A stretch of 64,000 nt of DNA from Octopus sinensis (lineage: Eukaryota). Location of the stretch: positions 558,001 through 622,000 of the forward strand of contig NC_042997.1 of the NCBI RefSeq assembly GCF_006345805.1. The letters run 5' to 3'. Positions 1 through 12,162 of the stretch are shown here, one piece after another (positions within the stretch are counted from its first letter, which is position 1; each line of letters opens with the position of its first letter). Below the pieces are notes generated by a model. It ran no database searches, was not told where the DNA came from, and was given only the letters and a program-made list of their open reading frames with translations. The translations under genes were made by a program, and so were the position numbers.

Positions 1-423
1 TGCGTGTGTGCGTGCGTGTGTGTCTATGAAAAGGATTAATCTTTTGATTCCTCTTTTATACTCTTAAACTGTAAAGCACATCATATCTGTCATATTAAAA
101 GAAGGTAAGTAAACAATACCTTCTAAGGTCATCTCGATTCTATTTAAAACTATAGTAAAATCGCAGGACTTCAACAGAAATTTTTTTTTGAAATTCTTTG
201 CTTGTTTCCTGTACTAACATAATATTTGAAATATACTGACACCATTGAATTTCCACGGGTTCCGCTAATGGCTATTGTTGTTGATTTTGTTACGATATGA
301 GATGAATTCCCGCCGTGGCCGACTTTGCTTTCGTCATTTCGGGGATAGATACAATAAGTACCAGGTGAGTAATGGTGTCGGTGAAAACGACAAATTTCAG
401 GCCATGTTACTATATTGGAAAGG

Positions 424-424
<1 letters not shown>

Positions 425-472
<48 letters not shown>

Positions 473-483
473 GTAGTAGTAGT
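425..483. repeat. (TTA)n/(TAG)n microsatellite, probably the displaced (TAA)n tail of the minus-strand RLE LINE
   Basis: Direct trinucleotide run. Confidence 0.9.
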
Positions 484-487
484 ATCA

Positions 488-692
488 AGGTGGTGGAATC
501 TTTAGCACGCTGGACGAAATGCATAGCGGTATTTCGCCCGTCGTTACGTTCTCAGTTCAAATTCCGCCGACGTCGACTTTGCCTTCCATCATTTTGAGGT
601 CGATAAAATAAGTACCAGTTGAACACTAGGGTCGATGTAATCGACTCATCCTCACCTCCCACATGCTGTTCCTGTGGGAAAAATTTGAAATG

Positions 693-735
<43 letters not shown>
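488..735 (+). mobile_element. tRNA-derived SINE, family A (octopus-type), with (AAT)n tail
   Basis: B-box-like GTTCAAATTCC, body GTCGACTTTGCCTT...GATAAAATAAGTACCAG...GGGTCGATGTAATCGAC shared with copies at 15.8 kb and 55.7 kb; flanked by TATTAGTAGT direct repeat. Confidence 0.85.
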
Positions 736-737
<2 letters not shown>

Positions 738-1900
738 TTAGTAGTTGTTTTTACACAGCTTCTATTGCTAGAGATGCATTACGGTGTCAGCTATTCACCA
801 CCAGTAAACTGAGGAAACACCCTTTATTATTCGAGCACAATCCGGAGAATTCGAATTGAACCAAGCTGTTGTTTTCTTCAAATGTTACACTCTTATTGCA
901 GCCCCTATTTGTTACATGTACATCTGAAGCTTTTTACTCACTGTTCCCAGGTCTTTTTCAGCAACCACAACTGCTTAACCTCACAAGCAAACCTGTCATA
1001 TCTATCGAAACTCTCTTTCTTCCTTATCGCATACTTTGTTGTCAGCTGGGCATGCTATATCTATGATCCAGCATCGTGTGCTTTCTTTCTCAATTAACAC
1101 TATATCTGGTTTCATATTCTGTATCTCATGGTCGCACTGAATCATAACATCCCATAGGATTATCATTTTCGATGATACATTCGGGTTTATGTTCGTACCA
1201 CTTTTTGCTCTGTCAAGTCCATACTTGTTGCAAGCTGTCCAATGGACAATCCTTGCTATGTTGTCATGACATTTCATATACTTTCTAGGTTAGCGGCGTA
1301 TATTAACTGGTAATATGCTATACGGTTTCACCTTTTTGTCCACAAATTCTGTTTTTGTCACTTTCTAATGTGTTGTCTATTCTGTATTTGACGTAACTGG
1401 TTCTTAATGTTTGCTCTTGGGCAACAGAGATTAGAGCCTCCGCTTCTGATTTTAAACCAATTTCAGTCATCCATAGCCATCTTTTTACTCTGTCCGTCTT
1501 ATCCTCAACATCCCTATGAAATTGTCCAGACATTCTTTTCATTATCCACCTATATTCAGTTTCATTCATTCTGGGTGGAGTATCCCATATCTAGTCAGCA
1601 ACTTCCTTGTCTTTCTGTCTAAGCTGTTTAGTTCGACGACTACTGTCCATGCGATCAACCCCTGCTCCATATCTAAAGAGTGAAAACGTACAGGTGTTGA
1701 TAGCTTCAATCTTATTCCGTTCGTTTAATTTCAACTTAAGGATCTGTATCAGTCTGCGCAAGTATTCCACCTGAAATTTCTTCCGTCATCTGTTTCTACA
1801 TCAATTTAACCATTTCCAATATCCCCAAGTACTTATAGGCCGTCTCTTCCATCTGCTGCTTTTCTCCATTTGTGATGTCACCATTAGATTTATTGTCTTC
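736..1900 (-). mobile_element. 3' part of an RLE-type non-LTR retrotransposon (R4/Dong-like), pseudogenised
   Basis: Minus-strand peptides YKYLGI (RT end, ~1820), AQEQTLRT..RICGQKGETV (zinc knuckle), HDNIARIVHW, KPDIVLIEK..IIDIACP (PD-D/ExK nuclease); frameshifts. Confidence 0.85.
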
Positions 1901-1959
1901 TTCGAAACCATATATATGCCTCTTATCGAGCAAGTTTTATACAACGTTGTCTCAGTCAT

Positions 1960-2950
1960 CCGTTGTGCATTTGTCTGAAGCTTCTTAAATCATTCCCAAA
2001 GTTTCCATTATTGCGGAGACTCTTGTTTCCAATTTCCAAATTCATTTTTTTGCATTTCTCAATATTTACATTTAGATTCGTTTGTATTTTAGATTTGCGT
2101 TGTTGGCCGTTGTAATTGATACAGCAGACGTTTTATAAATGGACATACCGCAGAATACGGCCAATTTGTCATTCTTTAAGTGCTTTTCTGCTGTATGTTT
2201 ATAACATCTCATTAGTTTGTAGCAGAAAGTCCAATACATGAAAACTCATTGCCTACCCTACCTATATATACGTTTGGTTTGTTTACTAAAGTTGGGAAAC
2301 CAAAAATATGATTGATTGTCTCTTCAAAATCTTCACAAATTCTGCAGCTATTTTTAGTATTCTGATTTGTTTTATGAATTCGGTAGTTTTGCAGGAAAAA
2401 TTTGGTTGTGAAACAAAACCTTTCAATCACTGGTCACCGACCGTACTTCTCTTCATGTTTTGGGTTATTTTCCTTATGTTCGCCTTACTCTCTCAGTTGT
2501 AACCAGGTAGAAATTTCTATTGTCGGTGTCTTATGTATAGTTTTGTAATCCCGTTTTCAGTTCAGTGCTGTTTGTTTTTCAACGGTTTGCTAGTTTTATT
2601 TGTTCTTGTGGATACTTGTTTCCACAATATCACTTAAAAGGTAGTATGGTCTTTCTATTAGGCTACGGAGCGTTGAAACTACTTATATTTCTGTAACATT
2701 TCCTCAGATATTTCTGTAGTCCTACTGTGGATATTTATAAAATTTTATCAGTGACAAAATATTCTAATACTAAATATAGAGTTACTCATAGTATGCAAAT
2801 TAGTTGGTCCAGTTCTCTGACGGCACTAGATTTGATGCGCTTATGAACGGATGGTTTATTTGATTATCTGTGATTGATTATGCAATTTCAACACCTCGGA
2901 TGAAATTCCAATCTGCGTTGAAAATTTGAAAATTATTGAGTTTGTTCGTC
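1960..2950 (-). mobile_element. second, more decayed RLE LINE fragment
   Basis: CRICEDFEETINHI zinc-knuckle motif in ORF 2212-2430; boundaries approximate. Confidence 0.6.
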
Positions 2951-3087
2951 ATCTTTTCAATCCACTGAGAAATAGGTTAGTTTGATATTTTTGTCTACTA
3001 CGCAGTTATTTTGTATATATATATATATATATATGAAAAAACAAGTAAAAAATAGAAAATGCTAAAATAATTTTATAGTGAACATTT

Positions 3088-3125
3088 CAGTACCGGTTCC
3101 GGTCATTTTGAGACCTTTTCAACTG
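3088..3125 (-). ncRNA. minimal type I hammerhead-like motif (U3:A8 core, A13G substitution)
   Basis: CAG UUGAAAA GGUC-ucaaaau-GACC GGAA CCGG UA CUG. Confidence 0.6.
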
Positions 3126-3476
3126 TAACGATTAAATAATTAAATTTAGAAAAATTAGAAGAAAAGTTTTCTTAAAAGAATATTTCTATAGTAGTGTTCA
3201 GATTTAAGTGGCATTCTGCCTTTCTCTGACTCCCTTGTTTGCACTTGTGTGTTCGAGGTAGTTGTGAGTTCTTGGTAGGGTAGTAGAGGGAAGGCTGGTG
3301 AGGAAAGGGGGTGGGAGAATCTGGGAGTGCCCTGATGGTCGTATTTTGAATGGTCAGTGGCGGCTGGCAGTCTCAGTTCAATTCAGGAGAATATTTATAT
3401 TGACAGGCTTGTTTATAGAATTAGCGTAGGTGTTATACTAAAAACATTAGTGACAAACTTAAGGGGTAGGGGGTGG

Positions 3477-3705
3477 AGAAGAAGAAGAAGAAGAAGAAGA
3501 AAGAAGAAGAAGAAGAAGAAGAAGAAGAAGGAGAAGAGAAGGAGAAGATGATGGTGATGGTGGTGATGATTATGACGACGATGATGATGATAACGATGAT
3601 GATGAAGAAGAAGGAGGAGAAGGAGAAGATGGCGGTGATGATGGTGGCGATGATGATGACGCCGATGATGATGATAACGATGATGATGAAGAAGAAGAAG
3701 AAGAA
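3477..3705. repeat. (GAA)n/(GAT)n compound microsatellite with a ~80 bp unit present twice
   Basis: GAAGGAGAAGATG...GATAACGATGATGATGAAGAAGAAG occurs twice. Confidence 0.85.
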
Positions 3706-3849
3706 AAACAGAGAAGGGAGAATATGAATGGGTGTAAATATAGCTATGAAGGGGCTGATTAGTAATGGATTCTATGGAGTGTAGTATTTGTGTGTGTATA
3801 TATATATTTTTCTTTTATTCTAAAGTTGAGGTATATTAATTGTTTGTCG

Positions 3850-4255
3850 TAGACCCTTAAGAAGTGGCTTGTATTTTGTAATAAAGAGATTTTCTTTACT
3901 TATTCTTTGTCTCGAGGTTGTATCGTCCCTAAATTGGTAGAGGGGAAAATTCTGAAGTTTGGTGTTTTTTTGTGGCGCAAGTATCTATGTGTTGCTAAAA
4001 GCTATTTTTCTGTTTTGGGGAATTTTTATCTGGGATCTGTGCAGGGTCATTCGTTTACGCAAACCAATTTTTGTTTGGCCTATGTACTGCTCTTGACACC
4101 CGGAGCAGGTTAGTGAGTATATTAGGTTCTCCGAAGCACATGTGAAGTTGCTTTTCACTGTAAACCGTTGTCCCTGTTTGAAGGAGAACTCAGAACCCTC
4201 GATTAGATAGTCGCATATCCCGCAATTGGGTCTTCCACATTTTTTTTACTGTCGG
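3850..4255 (-). pseudogene. Penelope GIY-YIG endonuclease domain
   Basis: Hand translation KCGRPNCGICDYL...NFTCASENLIYSLTCSGCQEQYIGQTKIGLRKRMTLHRSQI...KENLFITKYKP, with frameshifts. Confidence 0.9.
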
Positions 4256-4442
4256 CTTCTGTGTTGAAGAGTGAATTCGGGCTTGTGTAAGGAGACTTTT
4301 CATGGATCTAGGCTGTCTTTTGCTTTTTGATCGTGTGGTTTGGAGGATTGTGTTCATTCTGTGGTCTTTTTTTAGGAGGGGTATGTGTGGAGGATGGTGT
4401 CGAAGGCTTCGTTATTGAGAGGGTTGTGTGTTTATATATATA

Positions 4443-4514
<72 letters not shown>

Positions 4515-4610
4515 ATATATATATATTTTATATATATATATATATGTATATATGCACAGTGGAAGAGACATACAAAAACCGTTAGATTCACTTCAACATT
4601 TAAATTTAAT

Positions 4611-4659
4611 TTGCCAAAATATTTTTGTTGCTTTGAGACCGTGATCTCTTCATTGACAA
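4611..4659 (-). ncRNA. degenerate hammerhead-like motif in a PLE terminus
   Basis: UUGUCA aUGAAGA ... UUGGCAA; core and GAAA are mutated. Confidence 0.35.
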
Positions 4660-4770
4660 GTTCAGTGAGTGGTTAACATATGCAATTCAAAACGTCAAAG
4701 AGTAGAATGTTAAGGCAGGGTGAAACTGGGGTGACCACGTGAGCGTATAAGATATAGTTGAATTTATATC

Positions 4771-6175
4771 AAAACAAAAAATGAAAACAGGTGTATGAAC
4801 AACAGACAGGTGTATTAGTATCACACTTGGGAAAACGAAAAATTCTTTTACGTTTCAAGCCTACGCTCTTCAGCAGACAGGAATAAAAGAAAATTACCCA
4901 AGAGAGAATGAAAAAAAATTGTAGACTTGACGGTCAAGAATGATGAATAATTAGTAAAAAAAAGTTTGAAAGAAGTTGAAAGAAAGGGAAATAATGAAGT
5001 GCTAATGATCCCAAATGAAGGTGCGCGTGCCTTGGTGTCTATGTAAGAATGGTGTATATGTGTGCGTGAATGACTAAGTGTGTGTGTGGGAATAGGGGCT
5101 AGTGACTCTGACGTGTGTGAGTATGCGTGTGTGTAAGTATGTGCGTTTGTAACCTGTGGCTGCTCATATAATGGTATATGTGGTGACGTTATTGAAGCCT
5201 GTGTGTGGTGCGGGTGCTGGGGAGTTGTCAGTGCTAATGTGTGAGGGAAGGTGCGGGGTGGTGTGGTAGTGTGGGGTAGGTTGTGTGGGGTGTGGGGTGG
5301 TGGTGGTGGTGGTATCCATGGAGAAAGGAAGTAGGTAGGAATGAAGACAGGAAGTTGGTGTCAGATGAAGAGAAGAGATTAATTCATGTTCATGGCGATG
5401 GATGACCCCTGTGCAAAGACAGTCTGAACACAGAGAGATGTTTTAGTGAATGACCGGTACAGAAGAAATGGCGCGAGACCGGGGTGTCATTGCCGAGTCT
5501 GACGCTACCTCCCAGTCTGGTTCATCCCCTGCCTCCGCCATCTCTCTTCTCTCCTTTGCACACATTAGCCTAACTCCCCTTCTCTCTTCCGCTACCTCCC
5601 CTTCTCTCTTCATCTGACACCTACTTCCTGTATTCACTCCGAACTACCTCCTCTCTTCAGTGATACAAACAACCCACACCCCCATACCCCCACACAGCAT
5701 CACCTGAAACCACTCCACACACACAAGCACTGACCATTTCCCAGCACCCACATCACAGACCATCGTCCACACACAATCTTCAATAGCGTCACCACACATA
5801 TCACTATATGAGCAGCCACACGTTACAGACGCACATACTTATACACGCGCACACTCACACACGTGAGAGTCACTAGCCGATATTCACACACTCATTCTCA
5901 CATACACACACATACGCACACACGCCTTCATTTGGGATCACCAGCACTTTATTATCTCCCTTCCTTTCAACCTCTTTTTCAAACTTTATTTCTAATCATT
6001 CATCATCCTTGACCGATACATCAACAAGTTTTTTGTCATTCTTGCTTGGTTTATTTTCTCTTATTCCTTTCTGTTGAAAAGCGTAGGCGCGAAATGTAAA
6101 AGACGTTTTCATTTTCCCGAGCATCAAACTAATACACCTGTTTGTTGTCATATAACTGTCTTCGTCTTCTGTTTT
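4771..6175. mobile_element. fold-back of two diverged Penelope-like termini (arms ~4771-5378 and ~5601-6175)
   Basis: Arms are reverse complements (e.g. GTGGCTGCTCATATA/TATATGAGCAGCCAC, TGATCCCAAATGAAGG/CCTTCATTTGGGATCA); hammerhead-like motifs at 4844-4882(-) and 6066-6103(+). Confidence 0.8.
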
Positions 6176-7940
6176 AGCTGAAGGATTAAAATATTTTCTC
6201 GTGAATTATTTGCTCCGTATTGAAATTATAAACACACACAGAGACACACACACGAACACACACACACACACGCACGCACGCACACACACACACATATATA
6301 TTTATATATATATGGGTCAGTATATACACCATATCTATATACATATATAACATATATTCATACTAATACACTTCTCTCGCAAGTCACTTGTATTTATGTT
6401 TATATAATCTATTCGTGTCTATAAGAACATAGCTCCGAGTTACTTTTTTGCATTATATTTTTACTCTGTCCATGAATATATATTTGTGTGTATGATATGT
6501 GTGTATGTATGTATGCATGCGTGTAAATCATATTTTTAATGGAATCTACAAAGAAAATTTAGAAATGGATCGAACTAAATTTTATTGTTTGAGATAGTAG
6601 TTTCGTTTGCGCTTAGACTATTGGTATACAGATTTAGAATTAAGGACAAAATATGAAGGACTTAACGATAAGACAACGAGACTTCAAAAGAAAACAGTAA
6701 ATCGAATAAAGAAATAAACTAATATGTTTTGTTCGTTCGTTTCAAAGATGTCTGCTAGTGTAAAGTAATCATTGTTTTTATTTCTCTGACAGTTATTGTT
6801 TGGTATATGTGGAGATAAAGATAGCGTGGAGATAAAGATAGTGTATAGATAAAGATATGTGTGTAGCTGAAACGGCTATATGTGCTACCGAGATAGTACA
6901 CATATTTTTGTGCACGAATAGACAAATGAAACACATTTGAAGAGAAACAATAGAATATAATCGATATGAATGTAAACATAAAAATATATGTATATGTGTG
7001 TTTGCTAATACTCTTGTTTATATATAATGTGATTTTACTGATATTTAGCTGTTATATCTACCAAATCAAACGATTACCTAGAGTCTTCTCCTTGTCTTGA
7101 TAATTTCCCTTTTGGTGTATATTATCAGTAGTGGACAGACGTAAATTCTACAAGGCAATCATCCACATTGTACCTACTTAGCGGGACAGTTTTTCTGTTA
7201 CATTACCAGTTACATTACCAGTTTTTACGACACACTGCTAGTCGACTATTAATGAGTATTTGTAGCACGAGCACAGTGTTTTGCGTTTTCAGAGAGGAGT
7301 GTTGTTGATTAAATCTAAAATTGCGCATGCTAGTAATCAAATGTAACAACTTCGGAAGAATGATGGGTAAAATCGACAATGAAAAGATTTGAACTAGGGA
7401 ACTCAATATATCAAGTTAGCTGCTTATTCAAAAGCAATGGTAGATAAACAATGGTAGAAAAAGAAACTGTAATGACAGAATGGAAGAAAAAAACTAATAT
7501 ATTCTAAGGATTTATAAACGTTAAGAAACAATATACATTATTACAGAAAACAGAAATAAACCTATAGCCATAAGATACAACATTATGCTTTAGGGCTCTT
7601 CTGCATCGGTTATAATTTATAGGTATAATATTCTCAAATAGTCCAGAGATAAATTGATACAGTTAGACTGAAAAAACACTATGAACTACTTTATATACAT
7701 GCACACACACGTGTATGTGTGTGTGGTGCGTGTGGGTGTGTGTATGTGTGCGTATATATATATATATAACCAAAAAATAAGCAACAAGAATGGATCGGTA
7801 GTTTAGTACAAACTTATTGCTTATTTTTTGGTTATAATCACCCCACATAATTTTATAGGTAATACCATAAAAAAATTCTGGTGCATCTAAGTTAAGTACC
7901 ATATTCATTTAAATCTAATTGTTTTGCTGAAATTATATAT

Positions 7941-7987
<47 letters not shown>

Positions 7988-8137
7988 TTCCATATATATA
8001 TACTCTCAGTATAGAGTAAAATTCTAAGGTTTTGGAAGGGTATAAAGTTATGGTACTTTCAAAGAAGCATTCTACCCGAATATTTGGCTATTAACACTGT
8101 CGGCTTCTGATCATTTAAAAATTGTCTTCTCCTTATC

Positions 8138-8182
<45 letters not shown>

Positions 8183-9924
8183 TTTAACAATTAAGGATAA
8201 CCTCTTAATAAGGGATCTTAACAAGAAATTATCGGGTAGTTAGCGTGAAAACCTCATAAAAGAAAAGAATTCGAAAATAATTTTTTTTCTTTTGAACAAA
8301 TTAATTATATCTATATTGTATAGAGGGCATTATTACACATAAATGCCTCACACTAAGAGGGACAAAGTCATTACTACCAAAATTATACTATATATATATA
8401 TATAATATATATATATATATGTATGTATGTGTGTGTGTGTGTGTGTGTATGTTTGTACGAGTTAGGGGTTAATTAAACATCTAAGGTATATTAAATATCC
8501 AATATACAATTGGCCCTCTACCTATGTATTAGTATCGAAATGCTTAGGGCAATGTCGCAATTGAATACTATATATGGGTGGGGGTAAATCAAAAATTTAC
8601 CCAGGATTTATAAGGCAAATAAGAAAATGGAGAGGATAAGTAATTGACAAACATCAGCCTGTAATCAGTCAATTATACATATCTATTAATTGATTACAAT
8701 TATATGTGTAATTGATCCAAATAAACAAATAAAATGTAAATAAATATATAAATAATAATAAATGAATAAGAATAGATGAGTGTACAAATACTAAACTCTT
8801 ACAATTGATTCTACCATGAGGTTGCCAACTCTTGCAAGTTTTCTATATCACGCCAGTGATATACAGCGACGAATAAACATTTGACAGGTGTTGGACAATG
8901 GTTGAGCCCCAAGGCTTCAGTAGGGAGACCAAATGTTAGGAAATTAACATGTGGGAATATTAAAATAGTAAAGTAAAATAAAATATGAAAATAGAATAGA
9001 AATAGTAAGGAATGGTAAGAACCTCATTTCAAGGTTCTATTGTAATCCGTGGTATTGCATCTCATGGTAAAAGCCAGTCACCCCCAGGAGAAATTTCCGC
9101 AGGTTGTGAAGGGTACATCGTGTTTCAAATATACTGGAGGAAATAGTGAGGGTAAGACTTTGTTTAGTGAGTTTAATGGTATAATCCATGCCACAGGGGT
9201 CAGAAGTTAGAGACTAACTCCTGTTTAATAGAGCATTATAAAAGGAATTGCCAGAATTAACTTACTGTGAGCCTGTTTGGGGAAATTCAATACAGAAGTA
9301 TATCAATGAAAGAAAAATTAGGTAAAAATTAGGTAAAACCTTGTCACTTATTAACAGAAATCTAATCCCAATACCCCTATGGCTAGTAGGGTGAGATCAA
9401 AGTTAATCCCACAACTTAATTGGTCAGCTAATATTTGAAAACTATGGCGTTGTTCAGGTCCGCACAACTATCAATGAAGTACAAAACAGGTAAAAATAAA
9501 AATAAGAATATTTAAGGAATGAATAGTCTAAGGGGTCTTACTAATGAATGGGTGTTCAAAAGTACTTACGGATATGGATTTAGTGTTTTATATAAATATA
9601 TGTAAGATATGTATCAAATTAACTAGTAGTTGACTGAACGAGAACAGCAACGGACGAAGCAATTAGTGGAAACGAAAACAAACGATAAACAAATGTTACT
9701 GGACTTTATCGGATGAAGGTAGCCGGTTAGTATATTAACATATTAAAATGCAGAGAGAAATTATGCACAAAAAATAGGATATAGGAAATGTTATTTCGTT
9801 ATGGGTAGTTCTGAGTTATAATTTCAAGCTTACAAGTAAATGTCCGAAATAGAAGTGCAAAGTTGAAAATGCCTGCGTTAAAATATTTCCACATTTATAG
9901 ACTACAATTGAAGCGGGATAACTG

Positions 9925-10666
9925 AGAAAGTGCCTCAAGACTGGATTGATGCCATTTCAATATCCTTGTATAAATTGGTACCAAAGGATCTGTGTGGTAA
10001 TTTTCGTGGGATATCGCGTTTGTCTGTGGTTGGAAAGGTACTTGCCCGCATCCTGTTAGAAGGTTTAAATACTTTCATAGTTCCAAATATGGTGTCTGAG
10101 TCTGGTTTTCGTTCTTCTAGGGGCACAGCTGATTGTATCTTTACTATCAGACAATTGCAAGAAAAGTGCATTGAACAGAATCTTGCTCTATGCCATTGCA
10201 TTGCGGATTTGAGCAGAGCATTCTATACTGTTAATCGAAATGCTCTGTGGCTAATTCTAAAGAAAATAGGTTGCCCAGAAAAATTTGTAAACATGATCAG
10301 GGTTTTGCATCAAGATGTGAAAGCTAGAGTTAATTTTGTTGGTAGGCTCTCTGGATCTTTTGCCGTGGAAAATAGAGTAAAGCAAGGAGACCTTGGTGCA
10401 CCCATAGTCTTTGCAATATGCTTTGCTGCTGTGTTGTCTCACGCTTTTCAAAACTGTATTTACATAAAAAGTGTATTTACATAAAATATCGAACAACTGG
10501 GAAGGTTTTTAATCTGACCAGACTGATATTCAAAACGACGGTTTTTACTTCACTCATTAGGTTAAATCAATGTTTCTCAAAGAGGAGGCCTATGGGACGG
10601 TCTGACAAGTTGTATTGAGAAAACTTGGTTTAAATATTTGACAACTCAGCACAGTCCATTGGACGG

Positions 10667-10723
<57 letters not shown>

Positions 10724-10727
10724 TATA

Positions 10728-10758
<31 letters not shown>

Positions 10759-10761
10759 AAT

Positions 10762-10808
<47 letters not shown>

Positions 10809-11984
10809 CTTACACAACTCACACATTTCTTTAAATCTCTCTTGAGTCTTGCAGGCGTTATCCTGGCCAATTCAAACGCTTTCATTCCACTCCACGCGTT
10901 TGTTTTCCATCCAGCTAGATCCTCTAGATCCACTGCAAGTAATTTCATGGTAGTCTTTATGCCGTCCACCTACCCTTTTTTAGGTTTACACTGATAGCAT
11001 TTCCCCCTGCGTGCTCACCATAAAACACCTGTTTGGGCGGGCGTTCATTCGCCATTTGAACATTATGGTCACACAATCTCATTTGTTTTTTCAAAACCAT
11101 AGTTTTGATTCAGGTAATGCTTGAAGATACAAAGACATCTGTGTTTGGAGTAAAAGATGAAAGCATGTGAAATGTCTTTCATAATATGTCCAAGTTTCAG
11201 AAGAATACAACAGGGATGGTAACACAAATGATTTGTACGCTGATGAGTGCGATCTAGTTAGTCATTCTGAAAAAGGTCTGCAATCTCTTGTATCTGCATT
11301 TGATTCAGCTTGAGATGATTTTGGATTCACCATCAACTTGAAAAAAACATTTGTAATGTATCAACCTGCATGTGGTGCTGTTTGCAACCCCACAAAACTT
11401 TTTGTTAATGGTAAGTTACTTGACGTTGTGAATTCTTTCATTTAACCTTGGAAGCTCTGTACAAAATGTTGGAAATATGGATACAGATATACATCTGCGA
11501 ATTCAAAATGTGGCTTGGATCCATGCGTTTGGCGCCAGCGATATATAAATAACAATATAAAGTTGGCTGTTTACAAATCATTTGTGTTACCATCCCTGTT
11601 GTATTCTTCTGAAACTTGGACATATTATGAAAGACATTTCACATGCTTTCATCTTTTACTCCAAAAACAGATGTCTTTGTATCTTCAAGCATTACCTGAA
11701 TCAAAACTATGGTTTTGAAAAAACAAATGAGATTGTGTGACCATAATGTTCAAATGGCGAATGAACGCCCGCCCAAACAGGTGTTTTATGGTGAGCTATC
11801 AGTGTAAACCTAAAAGAGGGTAGGTGGACGGCATAAAGACTACCATGAAATTACTTGCAGTGGATCTAGAGGATCTAGCTCGATGGAAAACAAACGCGTG
11901 GAGTGGAATGAAATCGTTTGAATTGGCCAGGATAACGCCTGCAAGACTCAAGAGAGATTTAAAGAAATGTGTGAGTTGTGTAAG

Positions 11985-11990
<6 letters not shown>
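9925..11990 (+). mobile_element. RTE-clade LINE 3' half (RT pseudogene) interrupted by an inverted duplication
   Basis: NFRGISRLSVVGKVLARIL, SGFRSSRGTADCIF, RQLQEKC, VKQGD, LYADECDL (~11233-11258), GFTINLKK, LLYSSETWT. Confidence 0.92.
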
Positions 11991-12017
<27 letters not shown>

Positions 12018-12162
12018 ATTTATATATATATATATATACATATATATATACCCCGTCCAATGGACTGTGCTGAGTTGTCAAATATTTAAACCAAGTTTTC
12101 TCAATACAACTTGTCAGACCGTCCCATAGGCCTCCTCTTTGAGAAACATTGATTTAACCTAA
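10557..12162. repeat. near-identical inverted repeat, arms 10557-11237 and 11572-12162
   Basis: Direct reverse-complement match including microsatellite and 3' flank. Confidence 0.95.

Larger units (their letters stand above)
3035..4432 (-). mobile_element. Penelope-like element 3' part (GIY-YIG endonuclease plus terminus), bounded by (TA)n
   Basis: GIY-YIG peptide and terminal hammerhead-like motif. Confidence 0.85.

Noticed and set aside
8793-9085. Possible hammerhead 3' half on the minus strand with a CTACCATGAG/CTCATGGTA long-range stem
   Set aside because: GAAA is mutated and no recognisable core 5' half
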